NCBI GenBank assembly: GCA_965200965.1
Contig: OZ241744.1
Span: 320,001-384,000, forward strand
Source of the DNA: an uncultured Candidatus Binatia bacterium
GTDB taxonomy: Bacteria > Desulfobacterota > Binatia > Bin18
DNA length: 64,000 nucleotides
Direction of reading: 5' to 3'
Part shown: piece after piece, positions 48,571 to 58,086 of the stretch
How positions within the stretch are numbered: position 1 is the first letter of the stretch
How the letters are laid out: every line of letters begins with the position of its first letter
Made by a program: the position numbers and the translations under genes
Notes under the pieces: model-generated
Databases searched by the model: none
Told to the model about the DNA's origin: nothing
Seen by the model: only the letters and a program-made list of their open reading frames with translations

Positions 48571-48581
48571 GCGTCCTGCTC

Positions 48582-49199
48582 TTAGTCTGGCTTGACCAGC
48601 GGTCTGAGGTCGGCCGCCAGTTGGTCCAGAAGAACACCGAGGTTGTGGCTCATGGCTTCAGCCACCGCGGCGGGATTGCGCCTGACAGCTTGGCGGCTGA
48701 CCGCATAGGACTCAAACCAGAACGGCGTGCGCTGCGGGGGGCGGCTGAGCCAGACCTCAAGGCCCAGGGCAGCTTCCCAGGTCTGCTCGCCGTCAAGCTC
48801 CTCAATGCGCCGCACGGTCCCGCCCAACACATAGTCGGCCTGCCCGTCGGAGCTGGGAAAGACCTTGGCGAACAGCCCGCTGCTGCGCAGATACCGCCGC
48901 GTCCAGTCTGTCACCTGCTCGGCCGGTGAGCTGGCCCAGCGGTGATAGGTATAAAAGGCGAGTTGATACGGCGACGGGCGGTAGACCAGTCGGTGCTGGT
49001 CGTAAGGCTCATGGGCGCTGAAGGTCCGGACCACCAGGCTCGGAGCGGCGTTTGTGGCTGGCTCGGGCGGGAGCGGCAGAGTGAGCACATAGTAGTGGAC
49101 TGCGGGGGCCGGCCGGAGCGGGCCGCAGCCGGCCAGGAGCAGGCCGCACAGGCACAAGAAAACGTGGTGCGGGCGATTGGATTTCCAGAATACCGTCAT
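48582..49199 (-). CDS. ABC-type auxiliary lipoprotein (PqiC-like)
   Basis: Lipobox LLAGC, HYYVL, LVYR..YHRWASSP. Confidence 0.85.
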   Translation of the reverse strand: MTVFWKSNRPHHVFLCLCGLLLAGCGPLRPAPAVHYYVLTLPLPPEPATNAAPSLVVRTFSAHEPYDQHRLVYRPSPYQLAFYTYHRWASSPAEQVTDWTRRYLRSSGLFAKVFPSSDGQADYVLGGTVRRIEELDGEQTWEAALGLEVWLSRPPQRTPFWFESYAVSRQAVRRNPAAVAEAMSHNLGVLLDQLAADLRPLVKPD

Positions 49200-50143
49200 G
49201 GATCAGGAAGCTCTCGCGGCGGCCGGTTTTTGCCCCAGATGAGGCCGGCCGGGTCGGTCCGGATCGTATCGCTGGCCTCTTTCAGGTCGTGCGAGGCCGC
49301 GGCCAGGTTGGTCAGCAGCTGGTGCAGTTGGGGCCGGTTTTCGACCACCAGCTCATCAATATGCCGGGTCAACTGGGCGACCTCATCGGCCAGCCGGGCG
49401 GTCATTTCTGCGGTGTGGCGGATCTGGACCAGCATGGTCTGGCCGTCCCGAAAGAGTTCGCCCCGGACCTCGTTGATAGCACTGGTGGTATGCCTGATTC
49501 CGGCGGCCGCCTCGGCCAGATTCTTAATCATCGCCCGGAGGGCCAGCTTGGTCTCCGGCGTAGCAATGTCGCCGAGCGAGGTCCGCAGATTCTCGGCCAG
49601 GGCCGACATGCTGTGCAGAAATGCAGCGAGTGCCTCCCGGTTGCGTTGGCTCAGCAGGTCTTGTTCAATACGGGTCAGGGTGTTGATCAAGCGCTGGGCA
49701 ATTTCGCTGGCCTGGTCCCGAAACTCCTCAAGGCCGCCCTCGCGGACCACAATCGTCCCGCCGGGCTCCAGCAAGGGGGCGTCTGCCGAGCCGCCCTCAA
49801 GCTGAACAAATCGAATCCCGGTCACAAACGACCCGACCAGATGGGCGATAGTATCGCGCCGGACCGGCGTTCCGGGCTGGAGTGCGATGATGACTTGGGC
49901 GCGCGGTGGCGTCTCTGCGGTCAGGCGCAGGGCCTCCACCTTGCCGACGGTGACGCCCTGATACTCAACCGCGGCCCCGGGCAACAGCCCGCTGACCGAC
50001 CGGGTGAAGTAGATAGCGTAGGTATCGACCGGCTGGAAAAAGCGTGAGCCGGCCAGCCACAGAATGGCCGCGGCAAACAGAAAGAAGCTGAGGGTGACAA
50101 ACAGGCCGACTTTGAGTCGGGTTTTGCTATGCTCCATCAGCAC
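49196..50143 (-). CDS. MlaD/MCE family protein with helical extension
   Basis: VGLFV TM, SVSGLLPGAAVEYQGVTVGKV, coiled-coil tail, DPAGLIWG. Confidence 0.88.
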   Translation of the reverse strand: MLMEHSKTRLKVGLFVTLSFFLFAAAILWLAGSRFFQPVDTYAIYFTRSVSGLLPGAAVEYQGVTVGKVEALRLTAETPPRAQVIIALQPGTPVRRDTIAHLVGSFVTGIRFVQLEGGSADAPLLEPGGTIVVREGGLEEFRDQASEIAQRLINTLTRIEQDLLSQRNREALAAFLHSMSALAENLRTSLGDIATPETKLALRAMIKNLAEAAAGIRHTTSAINEVRGELFRDGQTMLVQIRHTAEMTARLADEVAQLTRHIDELVVENRPQLHQLLTNLAAASHDLKEASDTIRTDPAGLIWGKNRPPRELPDP

Positions 50144-50936
50144 TATCTCCGGTCAGGCGGTCAAGCAGCTCGTGCCGCACCCTGGCCCGCCGGGGGCGAC
50201 GATCAAAAAATGTCTGGACTTGCGGCATATCCAGGGCCTGGACCTCGGCCAGGGAGCCGGCCGCCAGCACCTTTCCATCGTGCAGCATCACGGCTTGATC
50301 TGCAATCATCTGAATGCTGCCCAACTCGTGGGTGACAATCAGAATGGCCATGTCGAACTGGGCTTTCAGACGCAGGACAAGTTCGTCAAGCTCCCGCGCC
50401 GTCACCGGGTCTAAGCCGGCCGACAGTTCGTCGAACAGGAGCAGGGTGGGGTCAAGGGCCAGTGCGCGGGCAACCGCGGCGCGTTTTTTCATGCCGCCGC
50501 TCAGTGCGCCCGGCAGCAGCCGGGCGGCGTGTTCGAGGCCAACCAAGGAGAGTTTCATCCGCGCCAGCATCCGGGCCGTTTCCGGCGCTGCCCCGGTGTG
50601 TTCGGTAATCGGCAGCATCACATTCTCTTCTACGCTCATTGAGTTGAACAGCGCCCCGCCCTGGAAGGACATACCGACATTGCGCAAGATGGCCTCTCGG
50701 TCCTCTTCGCCCGCCCGGTGGAGGTCTTGGCCGTCGATCAAGACCCGGCCTGAGATGGGGGTCAGCAGGCCGACGATATGGCGCAGCAGGGTTGTTTTGC
50801 CGCAGCCGCTGCCGCCCAGGATAACGGTAATTTCTCCGCGCCGGGCCTGCACATTGACCCCGCTGAGAACCGTGCGGTCGCCATAGCCGGCAACCAGATT
50901 TTCAACAACGACATAGGGAGGCTCGGGGCTTGGCAT
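50127..50936 (-). CDS. MCE-system ABC ATPase (Mkl/MlaF-like)
   Basis: GGSGCGKTT, FQGGALFNS, LSGGMKKR, FDELSAGLDP. Confidence 0.9.
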   Translation of the reverse strand: MPSPEPPYVVVENLVAGYGDRTVLSGVNVQARRGEITVILGGSGCGKTTLLRHIVGLLTPISGRVLIDGQDLHRAGEEDREAILRNVGMSFQGGALFNSMSVEENVMLPITEHTGAAPETARMLARMKLSLVGLEHAARLLPGALSGGMKKRAAVARALALDPTLLLFDELSAGLDPVTARELDELVLRLKAQFDMAILIVTHELGSIQMIADQAVMLHDGKVLAAGSLAEVQALDMPQVQTFFDRRPRRARVRHELLDRLTGDSADGA

Positions 50937-50953
50937 CGTGCTTCGTCCGCAGG

Positions 50954-52069
50954 TTACGACAGATAGAAAAAGATGGTGGTAAAAATGGCATCGGCCAGGA
51001 TGCAGAGCACAATTGACGTTACGACCGAAGCGGTGGTACTGCTTCCCACGCCCTCTGCTCCGCCCTGGACATACACGCCGCGATAGCAGGCCACGAGCCC
51101 GATCACGCCGGCGAAGACCACGCTCTTGACCATCCCGACTACGAGGTCCCCTATCAGCAGGGCTTGAGCGGTCTGCTGTACATAGTTGCGGCTGCCCAGG
51201 CCGAGCAGGAGAACGCCGACCCAGTAACCGCCAAAAATGCCGGCCAGATTCGAGAGCACGGTCAGGCACGGCACGGCGCACAACAGGGCCACGACACGGG
51301 GCAGGAGGAGGAAGCGGCCCGGGCTCAGGGCCATGGTCCGCATGGCGTCAATCTCCTCCGATACGACCATTGTGCCCAGCTCCGCGCTAATGGCCGAGCC
51401 GCTGCGACCCGCGACAATGACCGCGGTAATCAGCGGTGCCATTTCGCGGGCCATCGACACGCCGACGAGGTTGGCAATATAGATGGCGGCCCCGAACTGG
51501 CGCAGCTGACTGGCCGCGTTGAGGGCCAGCACCGCGCCGACCAGAAAGGAGAGAAAGGTGACAATCGGGATGCCTTCAATGCCGATCTTGACGAGCTGTT
51601 CTCCGGTCCGGTCCCATTTCACGCCCTTGCCGCGCCACGGCGCAATACACAGCCAGTAGGCCAGCTCGCCGATCATATCCAGCAACCGACGCCCGGTCGT
51701 CAGCAGGGCAAGCGTCTGGTCGCCCAGCTGCTCAAACAAAGACAGCCGGCCCCGGGCGACCTGGGGCCGGCTGAGCAGATCCGCCTCAAGACCGCTGAAA
51801 GCCTGACGTACTCCGGCAGACAGACCTGTAAAGCGGACCTTCAGCCCCCGGGCTTGGCACTCAACAACGATCTGTAACAGGCTGGCCGACTCAAGGCTGT
51901 TCATCTGTTGGAGGTCACGACAATCGAAGACCACGCGCGAGCCGGTCGGGGCGTGTCCGAGGGTGCGCCGAATCTCCTTGAGCTGCCGCCGCAAACGCTG
52001 GCTGGCGTCTGGACCACGGGCGGCCGCTTGAGGGTCCGTCGGCAACATACGGAATTCCAAAGTGCTCAT
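50954..52069 (-). CDS. MlaE permease with N-terminal STAS-like domain
   Basis: VVFDCRDLQQMNS STAS-like segment; REMAPLITAVIVAGRSGSAISAELGTM..EEIDAM; start uncertain (52069/52120). Confidence 0.88.
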   Translation of the reverse strand: MSTLEFRMLPTDPQAAARGPDASQRLRRQLKEIRRTLGHAPTGSRVVFDCRDLQQMNSLESASLLQIVVECQARGLKVRFTGLSAGVRQAFSGLEADLLSRPQVARGRLSLFEQLGDQTLALLTTGRRLLDMIGELAYWLCIAPWRGKGVKWDRTGEQLVKIGIEGIPIVTFLSFLVGAVLALNAASQLRQFGAAIYIANLVGVSMAREMAPLITAVIVAGRSGSAISAELGTMVVSEEIDAMRTMALSPGRFLLLPRVVALLCAVPCLTVLSNLAGIFGGYWVGVLLLGLGSRNYVQQTAQALLIGDLVVGMVKSVVFAGVIGLVACYRGVYVQGGAEGVGSSTTASVVTSIVLCILADAIFTTIFFYLS

Positions 52070-52196
52070 GGTGCCGGTCGCAGCCTTTCTTGGGTACGCT
52101 GGGTCAGCCGTCCGGTCCATCCTGGCATGGGATAGGGTGATCGCGGTACCCTTGTACTGTCCCGCTCACCTCTCTGATCGTGTAGCACAGCTCGCA

Positions 52197-52225
52197 TTGA
52201 CACGCTCCCCCGCCTTGCCTAGACT
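52197..52225 (+). promoter_or_regulatory. Putative sigma70 promoter of lysS (TTGACA-N17-TAGACT)
   Basis: Perfect -35, 17-nt spacer, 4/6 -10 box. Confidence 0.6.
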
Positions 52226-52312
52226 CGGGGCTGTCCGTGTGCCGTCGGCGGCTTGGCCGGCGGCAAACCACCACCGCAGCATGGCGACACAATTCGAGGA
52301 TGGAGCAGGCTC

Positions 52313-54157
52313 ATGTTATGGTGCGACAAGCTCGTCAAGCGGGTGTCCGGTTCGCAGTTGATTAACGATTCCAAGACACCCTCAGGCCGGGTGCATGTCG
52401 GCGCGCTGCGGGGCGTGCTGATCCACGACGCCATCTTTCGGACCCTCAAAGACCAGGGTATCCCGGCCCGCTATACCTTTGGTGTTGACGACTATGATCC
52501 GCTTGACGAGCTGCCGGCCGGCCACGCCGCGTTTTTCCGCCCGTATCTGGGAGTGCCGCTGTGTCAGGTCCCGCCGCCGCCGGGCTCTTCGGCACCGGAT
52601 GTGGCCGAGCATTATATTGGGGAGTTTTTTGACATCTTTCGGGAGTTGGGGGTTGAGGCAGAAACCTACCGGATGCGGGATATCTACCGATCGGGGCAGT
52701 TTAACGAGGCGATTGATGCCATCCTGCACAACGCGGACAAGGTGCGCCGGGTCTACAAAGATGTCAGCAACTCCGATCGCCCCGACACTTGGTATCCCTT
52801 CCAGGTGGTGTGTGAGACGTGTGGACGGATCGGGACGACCGAAGTCAGCGACTATGACGGTCGAGAAGTCAGCTACACCTGCCGGCCCGCTCTTGTCACC
52901 TGGGCGACGGGCTGTGGACACACCGGCAAGGTCTCGCCTTTTGACGGCCGGGGCAAGCTGCCCTGGAAGCTGGAGTGGACGGCAAAGTGGCAGACCTTTG
53001 GCGTTACGATTGAAGGCGCGGGCAAAGACCACAATACCAAGGGCGGCTCTCGCGACGTGTCAGCCGCGTGTCTGCGGACCATTTTTGACCGGCAGCCCCC
53101 GCTGAATATCCCCTACGAGTTTTTCCTGGTCGGCGGGGCCAAGATGAGTTCGTCCAAGGGGATTGGCGTGTCGGCCCGGGACATGGCCGATTTTCTGCCA
53201 CCCGAAATGCTCCGCTTTCTGATGATCCGTACCCAGCCCAAGCAGCCGGTGAATTTCTCGCCGGACGAAAAGTCGATCATCAAAATTTTTAACGACTTTG
53301 ATCGGCTTCATACGCGCACGCATCACGAGCTCACAGTATCGCCGGATGACAAGCGGGTGTATCAATTGTCACAGATTGCGTCCCAGGGCGATTTCTACGC
53401 CGTCGACTTTCAGCTCGTCGCAACGGTTGCCCAACTGCCCCATCTCGATCTTGCCGGCGAGGTTGAGAAGCGCAAAGGCACTCCGCTGACCCAGCATGAA
53501 CGCGCTCAGCTCGCCCGCCGCGCCCAGGCCGCGGGCTACTGGCTGGAGCATTACGCCAGCCCGGAGGAGCGGATCGTGCTGCAAGATACGCTGCCGGAGC
53601 GGGCAGACGAACTGACCGCCAGCCAGCGCGCCTTTCTGCACCACCTCGCCGACCGCCTGCCGGGTGTCGTGTGGGAAGACAGCGCCTTGCAGACTGCGGT
53701 CTTTGATGTGGCCCGCCTCACGCCGATTGCGCCGGCCCGGGCCTTCAAGGCCCTCTACCGGGTCCTGCTTGACCGCGACTCAGGCCCCAAGGCCGGCAAG
53801 CTGCTGGCCTTTCTGGATCGGGGCTTCCTGATGAAGCGCTTTCAAGAGTTGGGCTACAGTCAGGAGCAGGTCTGGCAAGAGACCGGTCTCACCCCGGCTG
53901 ACTTTGATGCCTGGCTGGCCGAGCATCGAGCGCGTATCACCCGCTTCAGCACTGAGGCTAAACTCGGCCAAGTCCGGCCTGAGGCAGTGACACGGCTGGG
54001 GGTTGTTGAATATACTGTTGAGCTTGACGACAGCAAAACGCATATGCGGCGCGTCGTGCTGGGGGAGTTTGCCGAACGGGTGGCCTTTGAGGCGGCGGTG
54101 CAGGAGTATGTCGGGCAGGAGCAAAGCACACCACACCACGAGGGAGATTGGCGATGA
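52313..54157 (+). CDS. lysS: Class I lysine--tRNA ligase with C-terminal extension
   Basis: KTPSGRVHVGALRG (HIGH-like), DDYDPL, CETCGRI, GKLPWKLEW, GKDH, YEFF, KMSSSKG, SGPK. Confidence 0.93.
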   Translation: MLWCDKLVKRVSGSQLINDSKTPSGRVHVGALRGVLIHDAIFRTLKDQGIPARYTFGVDDYDPLDELPAGHAAFFRPYLGVPLCQVPPPPGSSAPDVAEHYIGEFFDIFRELGVEAETYRMRDIYRSGQFNEAIDAILHNADKVRRVYKDVSNSDRPDTWYPFQVVCETCGRIGTTEVSDYDGREVSYTCRPALVTWATGCGHTGKVSPFDGRGKLPWKLEWTAKWQTFGVTIEGAGKDHNTKGGSRDVSAACLRTIFDRQPPLNIPYEFFLVGGAKMSSSKGIGVSARDMADFLPPEMLRFLMIRTQPKQPVNFSPDEKSIIKIFNDFDRLHTRTHHELTVSPDDKRVYQLSQIASQGDFYAVDFQLVATVAQLPHLDLAGEVEKRKGTPLTQHERAQLARRAQAAGYWLEHYASPEERIVLQDTLPERADELTASQRAFLHHLADRLPGVVWEDSALQTAVFDVARLTPIAPARAFKALYRVLLDRDSGPKAGKLLAFLDRGFLMKRFQELGYSQEQVWQETGLTPADFDAWLAEHRARITRFSTEAKLGQVRPEAVTRLGVVEYTVELDDSKTHMRRVVLGEFAERVAFEAAVQEYVGQEQSTPHHEGDWR

Positions 54158-54690
54158 CAGCTTCCGAGATCAGAGAACACTTTGCGAGCCTGTCGTATGC
54201 GTATGAACAAGACATTCGCAAACAGCCTGATGATTATCGCCATAGAACGTTTCGCACCGGATGGAGCCGAGTTGTAGACGGTAGGGTTTATGCGGAAAGG
54301 AGCCTAAGGCGGCTCACATGGGCCAACGTTTTGGTTCTCAGCCTGATGAACAAATTGACAAAGCATTTCAAGTGCTGGCCGACGATTCTGGACGGAAGCC
54401 CGGAAGCCGGCCACAAACAAACTATATAACTACTTCCCCGCTGAGATCGCCGAAAAGAGCGATCTGCAAGAAGGAAAGAAGTGCCAGATCACTGCCAACA
54501 AATACGAACGCAATCCCGAGGCTCCTGGGCAGTGCCTCAAACGCTATGGTGCGAAGTGTTGCATTTGCGACTTCTCATTTGGGGACGCATATGGCGATGT
54601 CGCCGAGGGCTTTATCCAGGTGCATCATGTCAAACCGGTGTCGGTGAAAAGAGGAACGGGACATAAGGTTGATCCAAGAAAAGACCTCCG
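54154..54690 (+). pseudogene. Frameshifted HNH endonuclease (McrA-like C-terminal domain)
   Basis: Pieces in three frames; last piece EGKKCQITANKYERNP..CLKRYGAKCCICDFSFGDAYGDVAEGFIQVHHVKPVS..VDPRKDL; final CPNCH missing; ATGA overlap with lysS stop. Confidence 0.78.
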
Positions 54691-54986
54691 CTTCCCGGTT
54701 GCCGGCCCCGAGCCCAGCCAGCAGCGGCGCGCTGGGCTGCCAAGCAGCTGGCCATGGGAAGTGCCTAGTCTGCCATCAAGAACAGCATCTCCTCAATCGT
54801 ATCTCTTCTTTGTCTTCCGGGGTCGGGTCTTCTGCTGTCCGCTCTTCTGCCTCCAGGCTGAACACTTGAGAGGCGGATGTACTGATGAGCCGCGTTCCGG
54901 TTATTGTATATCGCCGTGAGACAATCATAGTGATCAAGGAATCTGCCGTACATGAACCGACAGACTGTGCCGTGTAGACGGGGCTG

Positions 54987-57551
54987 CTACGGCGTCCACT
55001 CAAAATAATTGCGCAGGTTGTCTGACTCGCGCTGCTGACAGGCAACGGCGATGCGCAGCTTCTCCAGGTGCTGTTGGATCATTTTTTCGCCCCCTTTGAC
55101 CGGATGGGCGGCAAAGAAGGCCGCCACATCGGCTTCGAGTTCGGGCGTGATCAGACCGGTAATCCCCTCGCACATACGCGGGATGGTGCTGTCCGGGTAG
55201 TGGCGCAGCATGTCGTCCCAGTTGTCTTTCAAGAACTGCCAGGCGCGCTCGCGCCGGTGGGTGTTGAGCAGCAGTTCGCGCATAAGAAAGGGCGCGTTCT
55301 GGGTACGGACCTCGCTGTTGGTGGTCAGCGCGAGCGCCCGCTCAAACAGCTCGGACGGCTGAAAGGCGGCCAGGGCAAACAGGTAGCGCATCTCCTCCTG
55401 GGGGGTCGTGGCCGTCTTACAGGCGGCGTAAAACTCGCCATAGTCCGCCTCAGTGCCGCTATGGGCCACGATCGAGACCAGCGCCGGGACGAGGTTGGGA
55501 TCGACCGAGGCGCTGTCGGACTTATACGCGACATAGCGGGCTCGCGCCTCGGCTTGGGTGGCGCGGTCGTTACCCAGGGTGCCCAGTGCGTTGAGCAGTT
55601 CCCCGCGGAGCTGACCGACCAGGGCATCTTCTCCGTCGGCCGGCTGCCAGCCCAGACGCCGTATGCTGGGACCGACCAGACTGTGGACCCGGGCGTGCAG
55701 GGCCGGGCGCTGAGCGGGGTCAAGCAGGCGGTTGAGGTAGCGGAGCGAGCCGAGAATGGCGCTCCAGACAGTATGCTCGGTTTCGTCCTCGAACAGCAGC
55801 AGCAGGTCCATATAGTCGGCCAGGGGGGTGAGACCGGCCAGGGCGGCGGCCCAGGTATCGTTGACCAGATTAAAGCGTTCGACCGCGGACAGATTGTCGT
55901 GGACAGTGCCGGTCAGCCGCTTGAGCAGGTCCGGGCTGTAGCGCACGCGATAGAAGCCGTGACCGTCGGCGTTGACCACTACCCAGTCTGGCCTCGCCGG
56001 GAAGTTGAGGCGGACCTCGCCTTCCTCCAGCAGAACGGTTCGGGTCAGTTCCTGACCGCCGCTCCTGGCTCGAATGGACACGGGTACCTGCCAGCGCCGG
56101 CCCGCGTCGGCCTCAGCCGGGAGATACTGGAAGATATGCTGGGACAAGACCAGTGTGGTGTCTTCAACTGTGGCCGAAATCAGGGGATGGCCGGGCTGAA
56201 ACACCCACGAGTCCATCATGCTGCGCACCGGCTGCCCGGCCGACTCCTCAATGGCGTTCCACAGGTCGGTGGTCTCGGCGTTGCCGTAGGCGTGCTTGTG
56301 GATGTAGTTGCTGATGCCGGACCGGAAGGTCTCTGGACCGAGGTATTGTTCCAGCATGCGCAGGACCGCAGCACCCTTTTCGTAGGTCAGCGTGTCAAAC
56401 ATGCCGGCCGCCTCGTCCGGGTGGCGAACCGGAAACTCGACCGACCGGGTGCTCTGCAAGCCATCGATCTGGAGCGCTGCGGCACGCGACACGGCAAAGC
56501 TCGTCCAGCGCTGCCACTCGGGCTTCCAGTCATCAACGGCTATCATTTCCATGAAGGTAGCAAACGCCTCGTTGAGCCACAGGCCGTTCCACCATTTCAT
56601 GGTGACCAGATCGCCGAACCACATGTGGGCGTTTTCGTGCGACACCACATCGGCCACCCGTTCCAGCTCACTCCGGGCCGCCTGGTTTTCATTGACCAGC
56701 AACGCGGTCTCACGGAAGGTAATGGCCCCCAGATTCTCCATGGCACCAAAGGCAAAGTCGGGAATGGCGATCAGATCGAGCTTGTCGCCCGGGTACTTGC
56801 GGCCGTAGTAGCGGCTGAAAAATGCCAGCGAGGCGGCCCCGATGGCCTGTCCGAAAGCTGCCAGGTGGCCCTTGCCCGGCACCGCCCAGACCCGTAGCGG
56901 GGTGCCGTCAATGTCGGTCGGCTCGGTGGCCTCGAACTCGCCGACGATGAAGGCGACGAGGTAGCTCGACATTGTGATCGTGTCGGCAAAGACGACCTCT
57001 TTTTGCCCTGTCGGCGGGAGGGGGGTCTCGCGTACAATTGCCGTGTTGGAGATGGCGGTAAGGGCAGCGTCAATCACCAGGGTGACCTGAAAGACCGCTT
57101 TTATGGCCGGCTCGTCCCAGCACGGAAAGGCGCGGCGGGCGTCGGTTGATTCAAACTGGGTCGAGGCTAGGACCTTCTCCTGGCCGTCGGCCGCGGTATA
57201 GGTGCTGCGGTAAAAGCCCTTGAGCTTATCGTTGAGGATACCGCTGAAGGCGAGGGAGAGCGTCCAGGTGCCGGGGGCCAGGAGCTGGGGAAAGTGGAAG
57301 GTTGCCCGTTCGTTGGCGCTGTCGAGGCTGACCGTGCCGGCGAGTGTCCGGCCGTCCAGGCCGCTGACCGATACGCTGTGAATCGTCAGTTCGATAGCGT
57401 TCAACACAATCTCGCTGACCGGCTCATGAATGGTAATAGCGACAGTCTCCTCCCCGGCAAAGGTAAACGCGCCGAGGTCTGGGATGAGACGGATGGCGTA
57501 GTGTTGGGGGCTGACGCTGGTGGGTAGCTTATAGGCCGGTGTTGCTGTCAT
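54987..57551 (-). CDS. pepN: M1 family aminopeptidase (puromycin-sensitive/PepN type)
   Basis: TQFE..ARRAFPCWDEP, GAMEN, HENAHMWFGDLVT..WLNEAF, YEKG, ERAP1-like C-terminus. Confidence 0.93.
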   Translation of the reverse strand: MTATPAYKLPTSVSPQHYAIRLIPDLGAFTFAGEETVAITIHEPVSEIVLNAIELTIHSVSVSGLDGRTLAGTVSLDSANERATFHFPQLLAPGTWTLSLAFSGILNDKLKGFYRSTYTAADGQEKVLASTQFESTDARRAFPCWDEPAIKAVFQVTLVIDAALTAISNTAIVRETPLPPTGQKEVVFADTITMSSYLVAFIVGEFEATEPTDIDGTPLRVWAVPGKGHLAAFGQAIGAASLAFFSRYYGRKYPGDKLDLIAIPDFAFGAMENLGAITFRETALLVNENQAARSELERVADVVSHENAHMWFGDLVTMKWWNGLWLNEAFATFMEMIAVDDWKPEWQRWTSFAVSRAAALQIDGLQSTRSVEFPVRHPDEAAGMFDTLTYEKGAAVLRMLEQYLGPETFRSGISNYIHKHAYGNAETTDLWNAIEESAGQPVRSMMDSWVFQPGHPLISATVEDTTLVLSQHIFQYLPAEADAGRRWQVPVSIRARSGGQELTRTVLLEEGEVRLNFPARPDWVVVNADGHGFYRVRYSPDLLKRLTGTVHDNLSAVERFNLVNDTWAAALAGLTPLADYMDLLLLFEDETEHTVWSAILGSLRYLNRLLDPAQRPALHARVHSLVGPSIRRLGWQPADGEDALVGQLRGELLNALGTLGNDRATQAEARARYVAYKSDSASVDPNLVPALVSIVAHSGTEADYGEFYAACKTATTPQEEMRYLFALAAFQPSELFERALALTTNSEVRTQNAPFLMRELLLNTHRRERAWQFLKDNWDDMLRHYPDSTIPRMCEGITGLITPELEADVAAFFAAHPVKGGEKMIQQHLEKLRIAVACQQRESDNLRNYFEWTP

Positions 57552-57685
57552 ACTAGGCTCCATATACGGGCGGTTTGGGCCCAAGCCTTAGCAGAAACCG
57601 GGTCCTCTTGGCAAACCGCGGCCTGAACGATATGGACAGGGGAGAGCGCCGGCGGACGGGCGTTCTCTGCACGACGGAGGGGGAT

Positions 57686-58009
57686 ATGGCCAACGAGTAC
57701 GAGAACGACACGGACCTTGATCGTGGGGTCATCACCGAGACAGAGAAAAAGACCAAAAAGCCGCCCCTGTACAAGGTGCTGTTGCACAACGACGATTACA
57801 CTACGATGGAGTTTGTCGTCTATATTCTCCAGTCGGTCTTTAACCACGACGCCACCAAAGCCACCCAAGTCATGCTGCATGTCCACCGCAAGGGCCTGGG
57901 GGTGGCCGGGGTGTATACCTACGAGGTGGCTGAGACTAAGGTGGACAAGGTCCACGCTCTGGCCAAGCAGTACGAGTTTCCCCTGAAGTGTAGTATGGAA
58001 GAAGCCTGA
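57686..58009 (+). CDS. clpS: ATP-dependent Clp protease adaptor
   Basis: YKVLLHNDDYTTMEFVV, MLHVHRKG, FPLKCSME. Confidence 0.96.
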   Translation: MANEYENDTDLDRGVITETEKKTKKPPLYKVLLHNDDYTTMEFVVYILQSVFNHDATKATQVMLHVHRKGLGVAGVYTYEVAETKVDKVHALAKQYEFPLKCSMEEA

Positions 58010-58086
58010 GCCTGCGGCCGCCCAACACGACGGCTGAAAAGAACACAGCTTCCCGGGCCCGGCCCGTGGAAGGAGTGGAGCAGAGA

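Noticed and set aside
54765-54953. 62-aa minus-strand ORF downstream of pepN
   Set aside because: No recognisable motif; looks like a frameshifted remnant, so not called as a gene.
55068-56897. 609-aa plus-strand ORF (likewise 26313-27533, 44623-45900, 535-1572)
   Set aside because: Antisense shadows of well-supported genes, expected in GC-rich DNA.
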